DNA of 64,000 nt, taken from positions 267,769-331,768 of the forward strand of contig JAAXWR010000001.1 of assembly GCA_013334825.1 (NCBI GenBank), written 5' to 3'. The stretch is from Candidatus Yonathbacteria bacterium (GTDB lineage: Bacteria > Patescibacteriota > Minisyncoccia > Phycocordibacterales > JACNGX01). Below are positions 46,735 through 56,837 of the stretch, one piece after another. The position numbers and the translations under genes are program-made. Under the pieces are notes generated by a model. The model saw nothing but the letters and a program-made list of their open reading frames with translations. It did not search any database and was not told the origin of the DNA. How positions within the stretch are numbered: position 1 is the stretch's first letter; each line of letters begins with the position of its first letter.

Positions 46735-47257
46735 TTAAACATGCCGAGAGTTCGGGGGTTGGTGTCCATCCACATCGTCCCGTTGTTTGTCTCGTGCATG
46801 TCGCGGAGCGGTAGCATGCGTATGCAGGCAAAAATTCACATGTCGTTACAATAGTACTTGCGGTGTCGGCTTCGACACAGAGTTGTCCCGAGCATCCCGC
46901 GACTGCACATCCCCCTGGTTTGACCACATGTGGTTGTGGAGGAAGAGCGATGACTTCTTTGTCGTCGTATGGAAGGGGCGTTTCTTCGGATGGCGTGGGC
47001 ACTTCTCTATTATCCGAGACAGCTTCAACAAAAGTACGTCCGTCCTCTGTGCGACATTGACGAGGGTATGATTCCATAATGGGATTCCCCGCACTTGCGC
47101 ATGTGGCAAAGTCGGTAACAGAAGTAGCGGGGACATATGTTGTTATGGGCAATTGCATAATCCCCGCCGCCGCGCCAGCCAAAATAACAAGACCAAGGAG
47201 CACGAGAAATACATGTCCTTCGGTAAGTGTATGTGATTCGGAAGAAAAACGCTTCAT
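46706..47257 (-). CDS. secreted/membrane-anchored Cys-rich protein, hypothetical
   Basis: N-terminal signal/TM helix; 10+ Cys in the C-terminal half; overlaps the kinase start. Confidence 0.45.
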   Translation of the reverse strand: MKRFSSESHTLTEGHVFLVLLGLVILAGAAAGIMQLPITTYVPATSVTDFATCASAGNPIMESYPRQCRTEDGRTFVEAVSDNREVPTPSEETPLPYDDKEVIALPPQPHVVKPGGCAVAGCSGQLCVEADTASTIVTTCEFLPAYACYRSATCTRQTTGRCGWTPTPELSACLIETKEDTVR

Positions 47258-47315
47258 AAAAAGAGTATATCACGAAATAATAGATACGCGTGATGGCGTG
47301 TTGAGAAAGCGCAGA

Positions 47316-48914
47316 TTATTGGAATGTTCTTCGTACAGAAATAAGAAGCAAGAACCACAATATTGTAGAAACAATTGTCTCTGCATCATAAATCATACGA
47401 CGCATGATGTTCGTGTGTTCAGCATCAAGTGACGAAAGAAGCGGAATAAAATTTTCTCCAGCCATTGAGAGAGCAGTAAGAAGTTCATTCGGGTGAAAGC
47501 CAAATGTCCACCAAAAAAGTCCAGTAAATACACCGAGTGCGGCGATAATGGCAAGCCATGTATGTTCGGCACGCTCGCCATAGCCAGCAAGTACTCCGTA
47601 CCAAAAGAGGAGAAAACGTCTCCCAGGATATACCGTTACCCAATTGAATGCATGCGCCACAGCGCGTGCGATAGGTTCTTCTTCAGTATTTACTTCGAAT
47701 ACTTCGGCGCGAAGTTTTCTTCTGCGCATTTCCATCTCTCCATAATGAAAGTCCCCCGCGTTTTCATAATCACGTCGTTCTTCGAAATTCTTTTTCATTT
47801 GTCGGTCGAGTTCTTCTACTTCCTCAAAGTCTTCGGAAGAAATATTACGTGAACGTATCTTATCGAGAAACTTAATTGTTTGTTCGGGAGCAAATGGTTT
47901 GTTGTGTCGTTTTTTCAAAAGCATGACTTCATCAAAGAGCGCTGTTCGTCCCAGAGATTCATTGAATGTACATTCAGAAAAGAGTGCTTTGTCGATTTTT
48001 GAATCTTTGAATGACGCATAACGTAAATCAGTGCGTCGAAAGACGGTTGTGCCAGGAAAGACAATATGTGAAAAATCTGCACCTTTGCCAAATGTTGCTT
48101 GGAGAAATTGTGTACGCTGTTCAGACGAAAATGTAACGCGAGAGAAATCAGCCTTTTCAAAACGAGAAAGCCAAAAGATTGCCGCGTGCGTGAATTGGAC
48201 ATCAGAGAAGTCTGCCTTTCCCATTGATTTGATAAGACTGAAGTCTGCTTTTCCTAAGAAACGTGACCCATTCCACTCGACTGATTTTCGAAACGTAGTA
48301 TTACTGAAGTCCGTCTCATCAAACATTTTGTTGTTGCGAAAAGCGCAAGATTCTTCGCATGTCACATTCATAAATAACAACTTGCCAGCAAAACGTATCG
48401 TGCCAAAGTCACTTTGTTGCTTGCATATTGCAAAGCGAAAATCCGCTGTTCCGTCCACGGTACATCCATGGAACATAACGCGTCCTGCAAACACTGTTTC
48501 AAAAAACAGTGCATGGTCAAGAAAGGACGCTTGTACAAAAGAAACATCATGACGAAATACACGACTCGCCCCAGACAACCAAAAATTTTCATCAGCAAAT
48601 TTTGGAAAGATGACATGGGTGAAGTCATAGTCGTTTTTGGCAATTTTTTCTTCGCGTATGGTACGCCAAAATTCTTTGACGCGCGCATAGTCCCATATAC
48701 GGACACCGTCATCTGTTTTAAACCAGTCATGCTTTTCGGTATGTAAAATGCAATGCCCTGTTGTGCGTACATAATCGTCTTTTGCGCCACAGAAAGAGCA
48801 TGTATCAGCATGCGTGTCATTGGTATAATCAAAACGCGAAGAAGCGTCGAGATCTTCGACGCGCTTTTTGATATCTGCCATTATTTTCTCTCTCGGAATT
48901 CCTTTGATAGTCAT
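47316..48914 (-). CDS. pentapeptide-repeat protein with C-terminal TM helices
   Basis: many A(D/N)FS-type pentapeptide repeats in the central region; 3 C-terminal TM helices. Confidence 0.6.
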   Translation of the reverse strand: MTIKGIPREKIMADIKKRVEDLDASSRFDYTNDTHADTCSFCGAKDDYVRTTGHCILHTEKHDWFKTDDGVRIWDYARVKEFWRTIREEKIAKNDYDFTHVIFPKFADENFWLSGASRVFRHDVSFVQASFLDHALFFETVFAGRVMFHGCTVDGTADFRFAICKQQSDFGTIRFAGKLLFMNVTCEESCAFRNNKMFDETDFSNTTFRKSVEWNGSRFLGKADFSLIKSMGKADFSDVQFTHAAIFWLSRFEKADFSRVTFSSEQRTQFLQATFGKGADFSHIVFPGTTVFRRTDLRYASFKDSKIDKALFSECTFNESLGRTALFDEVMLLKKRHNKPFAPEQTIKFLDKIRSRNISSEDFEEVEELDRQMKKNFEERRDYENAGDFHYGEMEMRRRKLRAEVFEVNTEEEPIARAVAHAFNWVTVYPGRRFLLFWYGVLAGYGERAEHTWLAIIAALGVFTGLFWWTFGFHPNELLTALSMAGENFIPLLSSLDAEHTNIMRRMIYDAETIVSTILWFLLLISVRRTFQ

Positions 48915-48996
48915 ACGATGACGTTATGCGTACTATTGTATCATGTGATGTATGATGTGTAGGTATGTATGTGTGTGGATTGCATGCCACAATGAA

Positions 48997-49581
48997 TTAA
49001 TTGAGTACATTCATCATGAATGCTGTCAAAAAAAGTATGAGGCATGTGATAAAGAGTACGACAAAAGCAATAAAGACAATGGTACCCGTTGGTGTTTGTT
49101 TTGGTCCGCGGGCTCCTGTGTGAATAACTCCATACTCATCTTCGTCTTCTGGGCGATATCCTTCTGAGCGAGCAGTGTCAACGCGTTTTGTGAGTGGTGG
49201 AAGAATAGGAAATCCTTCCGCATCTTTGCGCATGTCTTCTTTAAATGTTTCATCAAGACGGTCAATCATTGCACCGATGTTCCAGTCGTCTTTTTCTTTT
49301 GATTGTGTATTGGGCTCGTGTGATGTGTGTGTTTTGACAGGCGGAATAACTGCGTCAATGGTTCGTTTTTTTAGATGGGGAATAAAACGATGTGCGCTTT
49401 TTTTCGGGGATGTTGGTACTGGGGTATGTGTAATGGTGTGTGTAGGTGTGGCATGTGTATCTGATTGTGTACGAAATGTGTCCGCGAGTGATTCGTTTGA
49501 CGTGTGCGCGCCAGACGCATCAGTTTTTTGAGAAGTATCTTCTGGCCAGAATCTACTTGGATCATTGGGGAGAACGCTCAT
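48997..49581 (-). CDS. hypothetical protein with C-terminal TM anchor, Thr/His/Pro-rich N-terminus
   Basis: ORF; low-complexity N-terminal region. Confidence 0.4.
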   Translation of the reverse strand: MSVLPNDPSRFWPEDTSQKTDASGAHTSNESLADTFRTQSDTHATPTHTITHTPVPTSPKKSAHRFIPHLKKRTIDAVIPPVKTHTSHEPNTQSKEKDDWNIGAMIDRLDETFKEDMRKDAEGFPILPPLTKRVDTARSEGYRPEDEDEYGVIHTGARGPKQTPTGTIVFIAFVVLFITCLILFLTAFMMNVLN

Positions 49582-49624
49582 GAGACTATTATAGAGGAAA
49601 AGATGAAATAAGAAAATAGAAATA

Positions 49625-49690
49625 TGAACATACGAATAACGAATGTATACGCCTGCCCCGCACCCTACGTGGTGCTGGGGAATATACGAA
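49625..49690. repeat. copy (e), a fragment of the dispersed intergenic repeat family
   Basis: tacgcctgccccgcaccctacgtggtgctggggaatatacgaatg matches copy d. Confidence 0.6.
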
Positions 49691-49844
49691 TGACTAAGAA
49701 ACGATAAACTATAAAAAGAAAAAACTATAGACGATAAAATATGAAATAAGAAATATGAAGACGAAAATGATAAACTATAAAATACTTGAAGTTAGAAATT
49801 AGGAATATGGGATGGACAAGAAACTGACGAAAAACTATGGAAAA

Positions 49845-49873
49845 CAAAAAAGGCCGCTTGCGTGGCCTTTTTG
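49845..49873. terminator. GC hairpin aaggccgcttgcgtggcctt with flanking A/T tracts; same element recurs at 50631-50650 and 51475-51493
   Basis: read from the sequence. Confidence 0.65.
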
Positions 49874-49876
49874 GAT

Positions 49877-50551
49877 TCAGATAATCTCATTGATTGTACC
49901 AATATACAACATAATATCTTTTTCATATCTTGAAAAGATATTCTGAAGAGATGTTGTATTCCAAAGTATTTGATTGATTTTCCTTTCCAAAATTCTTTTT
50001 TCCATGCTCTCCGAGAGAACCTCTCCTGCAAGGATTGAGGCGGTTAATTCTTGTGTGACAATAGGAAAGGAGAATCTTCCTTTTGTGTTTCTAATTAACA
50101 TTTCCGCAATGGAATAGTCTTCTCCTGGCATATTCTTGAGCCCGGATATCTCAATTTCCTCGAATTTTTTTTGTATTGCACCAAGAAGGATGATGGTGTC
50201 ATACTTATTGGTGCCAATTTTATTGATAAGGTCGATGACTGCAGAAGCGCAGACTCTGTTTTCTGAAGCAATAATAATTGCTTTTTCCCCTTCCTCTCTT
50301 TTTTCTTGCAAATACTGTTTGTACCTGGAGAAATGAAAAAAAAATGAAAATAAAAACAGACCGACAAAGTTAATAATGATAACACCACTTGAATCTATCA
50401 TTTCCATAAAATTCGGATCAAGCCATGAAAGATCGACATAGAAAATTATAAGAATGGTCGTTACTGCCCATCTCCGTATAAATTTCATATGATAAGTTTT
50501 GTTTATGGACACACGAATGCGGCCAAGACCAAATGTTTTTCTGTATCCCAT
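49877..50551 (-). CDS. membrane protein, paralog 1 of a tandem family (start MGYRKTFGLGRIRVS)
   Basis: 2 TM helices plus cytoplasmic helical domain; first 15 codons and ~100 bp upstream identical to paralog 2. Confidence 0.5.
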   Translation of the reverse strand: MGYRKTFGLGRIRVSINKTYHMKFIRRWAVTTILIIFYVDLSWLDPNFMEMIDSSGVIIINFVGLFLFSFFFHFSRYKQYLQEKREEGEKAIIIASENRVCASAVIDLINKIGTNKYDTIILLGAIQKKFEEIEISGLKNMPGEDYSIAEMLIRNTKGRFSFPIVTQELTASILAGEVLSESMEKRILERKINQILWNTTSLQNIFSRYEKDIMLYIGTINEII

Positions 50552-50655
50552 CGTTGTTTTTATTTGTGGTTTGGAAAAGAAATGTACTGTATTTCTTTTA
50601 TCACATATATCTATAAAAGTCAAATAAAAAAAGGCCGCTTGCGCGGCCTTTGGCG
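50505..50655. repeat. about 150-bp duplicated promoter / 5'UTR / N-terminal-codon module (second copy 51340-51493), about 95% identity
   Basis: contains TTGACT -35-like hexamer and the aaggccgcttgcgcggcctt hairpin upstream. Confidence 0.8.
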
Positions 50656-50663
50656 GTTTTATT

Positions 50664-51392
50664 CTACACCTTTTTACGTTCAGAAGCCACTGCCGACAGA
50701 TACGTGTTGGCAGTACGCATCTCAGCAGTAATGATTTTATGAAGCTTTTCCATATGGTTTCTGATCGCCTCTATCGTATTCATATGGATCCTCTTTTCGT
50801 CAATCTCTCCTCTCTCTTTTCCCGCGATAATTGATGAAACAGTAGACGGACTGACCTTTATGACCATGTCGTCTTTCAGGGCATTAAGAGTATTGTTTAG
50901 TGAAAAAAATACATCCATATGGTCGAAATCACTCCTGAATTCATCGAGCCTCATTATGGAGAGGCGTTCTTTCATAACTCCCAGAGCAATGGCAAAATCA
51001 GGTGCATTTTCGCCCGTCATCTTATCTGCGAGAGAAAAGATGCTCTTAAGAATGAGCATCCCTTCCTTTAAGATCGCAAGATTTTCTCTTGTGGAATCCT
51101 CCTCTTCGTCAAGGTATTTTTTGTACCTGAAAAAATAAAAAGAGAAAAAGAGCAAAAAGACTGCCCCGATTCCGACAATACACATGATAGGGAGAGAAAA
51201 AATTAAAATACCTCCCCTATCTATCCCAGTGATAAAATGGAGATAGAGGCTGTACGCCGGGGAGAAACCCATGAATACAACAAAAAGAGTGAAAAAAGTC
51301 AACATTGATGTTACGAAAAAAAGCGTATTCGAGAGGCTTCTTTTTGTGGACACATGAATGCGACCAAGACCAAATGTTTTTCTGTATTCCAT
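50664..51392 (-). CDS. membrane protein, paralog 2 of the tandem family (start MEYRKTFGLGRIHVS)
   Basis: same architecture as paralog 1; diverged after residue ~15. Confidence 0.5.
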   Translation of the reverse strand: MEYRKTFGLGRIHVSTKRSLSNTLFFVTSMLTFFTLFVVFMGFSPAYSLYLHFITGIDRGGILIFSLPIMCIVGIGAVFLLFFSFYFFRYKKYLDEEEDSTRENLAILKEGMLILKSIFSLADKMTGENAPDFAIALGVMKERLSIMRLDEFRSDFDHMDVFFSLNNTLNALKDDMVIKVSPSTVSSIIAGKERGEIDEKRIHMNTIEAIRNHMEKLHKIITAEMRTANTYLSAVASERKKV

Positions 51393-51513
51393 TGTTGTTT
51401 TTATTTGTGGTTTGGAAAAGAAATGTACTGTATTTCTTTTATCACATATATCTCTAAAAGTCAAATAAACAAAAAAGGCCGCTTGCGCGGCCTTTGGCGA
51501 TTTTGTCGTCCCC

Positions 51514-52203
51514 CTACGTCATTTCAATGGAAACGATGCAAATGTGCACCTTTCCATTTTTCGATCGGTCTTCTTCATTGATGACCGTTAAGGGGAACAT
51601 CTTTCCGTCAAGAGAGACCTCTTTTCTCTGTCCAACAGAAAACACTTTTTCGGGAGCGTCATCGATAGAATCGGCATTCTTGAAATCATGAAGAATTTCT
51701 CTGTTGACAAGATCAAGGATATGACCAAGTAGGGCTTCTTCAGAAAATATTCCTTTCTCTCCTATCTTTTGTATATCTTCAAGATGGAGGTAAAAAACTG
51801 TTGGATTACACAATACATAACCAATGGTTATTTGTGGTCCAATACGCAAAATGGGAAGATTGAGATTGTGTCGTTCAGTTCCCATGCGGAGTTGCTTGGG
51901 GACCTGGTACACACTCGTAAATACGAACCCGTGCTCTTTCGGAATGACGGTTAAGTTTTTTCTATAAATTGTGTATATGTTTGGGTTTAGTTTTGAACTG
52001 AAAACTTTGAAAAAGAAAAAAAGAAATACCCCCAAAAACCAAATCGGCTCCGTATGTTTTGTGAGGAAATTCATGTCAACATCCTGCAACTCTTTTCCTA
52101 GAATTATCTGGGAAATTGAGTTAAAGGAAAGCAACGCAAAAATCAGAAAGATGAGTGAGAAGACTACCCACGAGGGATATACACGTATTTTTTTGTTAGC
52201 CAT
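51514..52203 (-). CDS. membrane protein, hypothetical (possible third, divergent family member)
   Basis: 2 N-terminal TM helices plus soluble domain. Confidence 0.45.
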   Translation of the reverse strand: MANKKIRVYPSWVVFSLIFLIFALLSFNSISQIILGKELQDVDMNFLTKHTEPIWFLGVFLFFFFKVFSSKLNPNIYTIYRKNLTVIPKEHGFVFTSVYQVPKQLRMGTERHNLNLPILRIGPQITIGYVLCNPTVFYLHLEDIQKIGEKGIFSEEALLGHILDLVNREILHDFKNADSIDDAPEKVFSVGQRKEVSLDGKMFPLTVINEEDRSKNGKVHICIVSIEMT

Positions 52204-52373
52204 TGTCGTTTGATTTTATTTTTTGGATGAAATTACGAAGAACGATAACCCTTTATTACCATAATAGCTGTTATTTTGTCAATACAGCAATCGCATACAT
52301 GAAAAACACGTGTTTAGACAAGTTTTTAGTTTGCCGTGCGCTCTAGATGGTACAGGAAATTAAGAATCATGAA

Positions 52374-52418
52374 GTAAGAAATCAGCGCGGGCATGAAATG
52401 CCCGCGCTGATTTCTTAC
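52374..52418. repeat. 45-nt near-perfect palindrome gtaagaaatcagcgcgggcat gaa atgcccgcgctgatttcttac (GCGGGCAT family; likely terminator of the cytidylyltransferase gene)
   Basis: read from the sequence. Confidence 0.7.
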
Positions 52419-52453
52419 TTTTCGTTCCGTTTCTATAACCTATCACCTCTCAC

Positions 52454-52885
52454 CTATTTCCTATCCACATACGCCGAGCTGTGATGCGTCTTTGCACCCA
52501 AGCCGTCCACGATACGCACACCATGTTCATCAAGCACTACGCGCTCGGGGATTTCATACGCAAAGCGGTCCCCTCCTTTGGTAAAGATGATTTCGTCCAC
52601 ATCATCTCTCCCCTTCAATTCCTCAATCACCATACGCAAAGTCTCCGCAACACTTCCATCTTGGTCGATGGACAAGACGACACGGTCAACGGGTTTGAGC
52701 GCTCCCACGACACGCATACGATACACTTCGTCCTGAAAAGACGGCACACCCCGTTTTAAAGACGCCTGATGGTCACTGTTGACGATGACCCAGAGTTCAT
52801 CTGCAAGCTCCTTGGAAAGCTCCAGACATTCAATATGCCCCGGATGCAAAGGATTGGCATATACGGAAGTGATAGCAATTTTCAT
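52454..52885 (-). CDS. cytidylyltransferase-like nucleotidyltransferase (RfaE domain II / heptose-1-phosphate adenylyltransferase-like)
   Basis: HPGH (HxGH) motif, VNSD...LKRG motif, KGGD motif. Confidence 0.7.
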   Translation of the reverse strand: MKIAITSVYANPLHPGHIECLELSKELADELWVIVNSDHQASLKRGVPSFQDEVYRMRVVGALKPVDRVVLSIDQDGSVAETLRMVIEELKGRDDVDEIIFTKGGDRFAYEIPERVVLDEHGVRIVDGLGAKTHHSSAYVDRK

Positions 52886-52960
52886 AAATAAGTGTAATAG
52901 ACAATAACAATAGTACTCTTATAACACAAATGCACTATGTATACAATCAAATGAGTATAC

Positions 52961-52987
52961 AAAAAGCGCGCTTGCGCGCGCTTTTTG
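52961..52987. terminator. bidirectional terminator aaaaagcgcgcttgcgcgcgcttttt
   Basis: read from the sequence. Confidence 0.7.
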
Positions 52988-53008
52988 TATAGATTTTAGG
53001 AAAATGAT

Positions 53009-54373
53009 TTATTTTTTTGATTTTATTATTGTTGCATAAAAATCATATGCAACTTTTTTTGTGTCATCACTTCGAAGGAGACCAAAAAAACTTTCTGTTG
53101 AACTTCCATTTCCAGAATCTTTTAATGTAAACCAAAAGAAAGGACCCATCCATTCTTTGTATGCCGCATGATAACCAAGCGCTTGAAGTAACATTATTTT
53201 TTGAGCAGTTTCACTCATGAAATCTGATCCATAATGGAAAAGCCATCCACCATCTTCAATACGTTCTATTCCTGGACCATCAGTAGGAGCACCGTATTCA
53301 GTAATCCAAATTTTCTTTTCACTGTCTCCATTTTTTTCCATCTCCTCTCGTATGTCGAGTATCTGTTCCCATTGATTCCATGTCGCATTATAAGAAGGAA
53401 GAAAGGGGTATGTGTATGGATGCAGAGACAACCCATCGAAAGAATTTTTAAGTTTTTGCGCATAGATTGAGACAATAAAAGTATAAGGGGAAATGTCCCC
53501 AAATTTATCATCAGCGACAGAAGCAAGTCCTCCCGCAAGTACGAAAGCATTTGGATCTATTTCTTTTATTGCATCATTTGTGTCTCGGAGAAGTTTTCCG
53601 TATGCAACCACATCAGGATGAGGAGACCAAAAACCGGTATAGTTTGGTTCATTCCATATTTCCCAAACTGCGATTGAACCCTTGTATCTTTTTGTAACTT
53701 CTGCAGCAAATGTCGCAAATTGTGAAGATTCTGCCGGTGGACATTTTCCGATTTTCTTATCACAAGATGGGTGGGCTGCCCAATCAGGAGCATATGTAAG
53801 AATTACCACAGATTTCATTCCATATCGTTTTGCTGTTTCGACCACCCTATCTGCAGAAGCCCAGTCGTACGTGCTGCTATCTTTTGGTTGTATCTTTCCC
53901 CATTGAATATCCCATCGAACCCATGTTGTACCAAGCCCTTTGAGAAGAGAGAAGTAGGCATCTAGGTCTTCTTGTCCAAGATAAATAAGTCCACCTCCCG
54001 CAGCAATACCATATCCTGATTCATCAAGTTGTATGTGTTCAGCATTTAAATATGCAGAGGTATCTCCTTGAGGATTTTTTGTAGGAGCTGGGACGTAGAC
54101 ATCCTCGGATGTTTCCCTCTCTATTTTGGGAGATTCAGAAGTATTGGTTTCAATAAAATGTAAGATTGTAGCCATCATGTTGTAGGCGCTTCCATGATGA
54201 GGCCCGTGTAAATATTGTTCTGTTGAAAGACTCGGTCGTGTTGTTTTTTGTAGAGATTCCCAAATAAAAAAAACTCCAAACACAAGTATAACAGTTAATA
54301 TTGCTATAGTTATGGCAATATGTCGTTCATTATTGGGTCCTTCATTTGTTGTTCGTTGAAAATTTTTATACAT
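53009..54373 (-). CDS. secreted clan GH-A glycoside hydrolase (GH5/GH39-like)
   Basis: N-terminal signal anchor; WEIWNEPN (acid/base Glu) and WITEYG (nucleophile Glu) motifs. Confidence 0.65.
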   Translation of the reverse strand: MYKNFQRTTNEGPNNERHIAITIAILTVILVFGVFFIWESLQKTTRPSLSTEQYLHGPHHGSAYNMMATILHFIETNTSESPKIERETSEDVYVPAPTKNPQGDTSAYLNAEHIQLDESGYGIAAGGGLIYLGQEDLDAYFSLLKGLGTTWVRWDIQWGKIQPKDSSTYDWASADRVVETAKRYGMKSVVILTYAPDWAAHPSCDKKIGKCPPAESSQFATFAAEVTKRYKGSIAVWEIWNEPNYTGFWSPHPDVVAYGKLLRDTNDAIKEIDPNAFVLAGGLASVADDKFGDISPYTFIVSIYAQKLKNSFDGLSLHPYTYPFLPSYNATWNQWEQILDIREEMEKNGDSEKKIWITEYGAPTDGPGIERIEDGGWLFHYGSDFMSETAQKIMLLQALGYHAAYKEWMGPFFWFTLKDSGNGSSTESFFGLLRSDDTKKVAYDFYATIIKSKK

Positions 54374-54416
54374 ATGGTATTATAATACCTCTTTTCGGGA
54401 TACCTGCCAATAGTAG

Positions 54417-55733
54417 TTGTTTAGACAGGTAAAATCCTACTGGATATATTATATGAAAAAGTATTTTTTTCGTTTACAGAAACATTTTTTAGAAAGTAGT
54501 CTCTTTCGAAATTCAACATATATTATGCTCTCAACGGGCATTATGTCTGCGTTCGGTTTTGTTTTTTGGCTAATTTGTTCTCGCCTATTTTTACCTGCTG
54601 ATATTGGTGTAGCTACGTCTCTTATCTCAGTTGCGTCTCTTCTCACCACAATGAGTCTTTTTGGTCTCAATAATGCTGTAGTTCGTTTTTTACCTTCATC
54701 GAATGATAGAGATAGTTTCGTATCTTCTGTTTTCGGCATTTCGTTTTGTGGAAGTATTATATTTTCATCCGCATTCCTTTTGTGGTTGCATGTTACACAT
54801 AATCCAATTGTTGAAAGTGATTATATAATTCCTCTGTCTTTTGTATTCATTCTCTATATCATTTTTCAGACAGCACTTATTATTATGGACGCAGTATTTA
54901 TTGCTGATAGGAAGGCTCAGTATATCTTTGGGAAAAGCGTTCTCTTATCATTTGTAAAAATAATCACACCATTTTTTTTGATTTCATTTGGGGCTATTGG
55001 TATTGTGTACGGTATCACGATGTCAAGTGTCGTTGCTGTGATTACAGGATTCTCATGGCTTTTTTTTGCTACAAAAATAAAATTTGTTCGTCCACGGATG
55101 AAACACCTTTTTCATATACGAGTTTTTGCAATGGGAAATTATTTCGGTAGTATGTTTGGTATATTGCCGAGCTCTCTTCTTCCTATTATCATACTTTCAC
55201 GTCTTGGAGCCGTAGAAACAGCATATTTTTATATTCCATTCGCAATCGTAACACTTCTTAATGTTATACCAAGTGCAAATGCACAGTCTCTTTTTGCAGA
55301 GGTTTCAAACAATGAAACAGCATTAGAAGAGCATTTACGTAAATCGATTGCGCATTCATTTATCATGCTTGTTCCAGCAGTTCTTGTTATTGTGACAATG
55401 GGGAGTTTTGCATTGTCTTTTTTTGGTCTCGCATATGCAAAGGAAGGAATAAATGTTCTTCGTATTCTTTCGTTCGCAAGTATTATTGGGAGTCTTAATT
55501 ATTTTGGAGATATTCTTCTCAATGTAAAAAAACGTTCACGCGAATATATTTTTATGAATGCCTTAAATGCCCTTGGCATTCTTGCATTTACCTATGTTAC
55601 TGCTCCATATGGACTCGAATCTGTTGCTTGGGGCTATTTTGTTGGACAATTAGTAACGATGATCGCATATCTTTTTGTGCATAAGAAAATGATAAAGGAT
55701 ATGATTTTTTTGCAGCATTCATTTCAGAAGTAA
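54417..55733 (+). CDS. polysaccharide flippase (MOP/Wzx family)
   Basis: about 12-14 TM segments; architecture typical of oligosaccharide flippases. Confidence 0.65.
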   Translation: MFRQVKSYWIYYMKKYFFRLQKHFLESSLFRNSTYIMLSTGIMSAFGFVFWLICSRLFLPADIGVATSLISVASLLTTMSLFGLNNAVVRFLPSSNDRDSFVSSVFGISFCGSIIFSSAFLLWLHVTHNPIVESDYIIPLSFVFILYIIFQTALIIMDAVFIADRKAQYIFGKSVLLSFVKIITPFFLISFGAIGIVYGITMSSVVAVITGFSWLFFATKIKFVRPRMKHLFHIRVFAMGNYFGSMFGILPSSLLPIIILSRLGAVETAYFYIPFAIVTLLNVIPSANAQSLFAEVSNNETALEEHLRKSIAHSFIMLVPAVLVIVTMGSFALSFFGLAYAKEGINVLRILSFASIIGSLNYFGDILLNVKKRSREYIFMNALNALGILAFTYVTAPYGLESVAWGYFVGQLVTMIAYLFVHKKMIKDMIFLQHSFQK

Positions 55734-56837
55734 AGATTTATATGCTTTTTTTGTCATGTGTGCGATGTCGTTCCATGAAAATGTTTCCGCATATATACGC
55801 GCAGCATTGCCTGATTTATGGACTTTTTCCTTTTGATTAAGTACATCTGTTAAGATATTTCTCAATCCATCAATATCATTTGGATTATATGTATATGCAA
55901 TAGATGTTGGTAAAGACGCAACATCACCTATATTGGGAGTGATAACAGCTTTTCCAAATGATAATGATAATAAAGCTGAACCAGATGTTGTTATTTTCTT
56001 GAAGGGAAGTACAACAATATCTGATGCAGAAAAATAATATTGTAAATCACTGTCTGGAATAAATATGTCATGCCATATGATTGAAGAATCAGATGTGGTA
56101 GCCGTAGAAAGTATGTCACGAAGTCGCGCATCTTTACAAGTACCAGCAATAAGAAGAATTGTTTCTGGTGTACGAACATGAGTATAAGACTCAAGTAATA
56201 AATCGACTCCCTTATAATCACGAATTTGTCCAAGGAAAAGGAAGATGAAAGCATTAGATGATAAGTTGAGTTGCTCTCGTGCGTGGGAACGGTCTATGGT
56301 ATTGGCATATGCCCCGATATAGTTCCCATGTGGAATGACAACATGGTTTTTGGGAGAAAATCCAGATGAGAGAAGTGTAGTAAGGCCTGATTCTGAATGT
56401 GTAATGACAAGATCGGCGATTGTTACAAGAAATTGTCGAGCACGTAATTCTCTATTCCCTTTGAATACAGGCTCGTGTGGTAAAACATTATGCGCAGTCC
56501 ATACGATTTTGCATCCTGAAAAATGGATCGTCATCAAAGTAATTACATACATGATGTACGCAATGATATTGAAGGGAGTTTCTCTCCATAAGTACATAGC
56601 TGGAACAAAAGCGTTAACCCAATGGATATGGACTATGCGAACGCCACGGATACGATATGCGATTATTTGGAATGGACGAAGAAACACATTTATTGATGCA
56701 CTTGACGTAGCATGACCAAGATACGAGATTTTAATCCCCTCTTTTTTCATCGGTTCATATAACATCTGTTGGTATGGGTTATTTTTATCTTCGGGAAAAA
56801 CAAGGACAGATAGTGCATGAGAATGAGGTGATTTCAT
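55719..56837 (-). CDS. glycosyltransferase family 4 (GT-B, group 1)
   Basis: C-terminal GT1 domain pattern (E..lled by FLFLGQIRDYKGVDLL, VVLPF). Confidence 0.7.
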   Translation of the reverse strand: MKSPHSHALSVLVFPEDKNNPYQQMLYEPMKKEGIKISYLGHATSSASINVFLRPFQIIAYRIRGVRIVHIHWVNAFVPAMYLWRETPFNIIAYIMYVITLMTIHFSGCKIVWTAHNVLPHEPVFKGNRELRARQFLVTIADLVITHSESGLTTLLSSGFSPKNHVVIPHGNYIGAYANTIDRSHAREQLNLSSNAFIFLFLGQIRDYKGVDLLLESYTHVRTPETILLIAGTCKDARLRDILSTATTSDSSIIWHDIFIPDSDLQYYFSASDIVVLPFKKITTSGSALLSLSFGKAVITPNIGDVASLPTSIAYTYNPNDIDGLRNILTDVLNQKEKVHKSGNAARIYAETFSWNDIAHMTKKAYKSLLLK

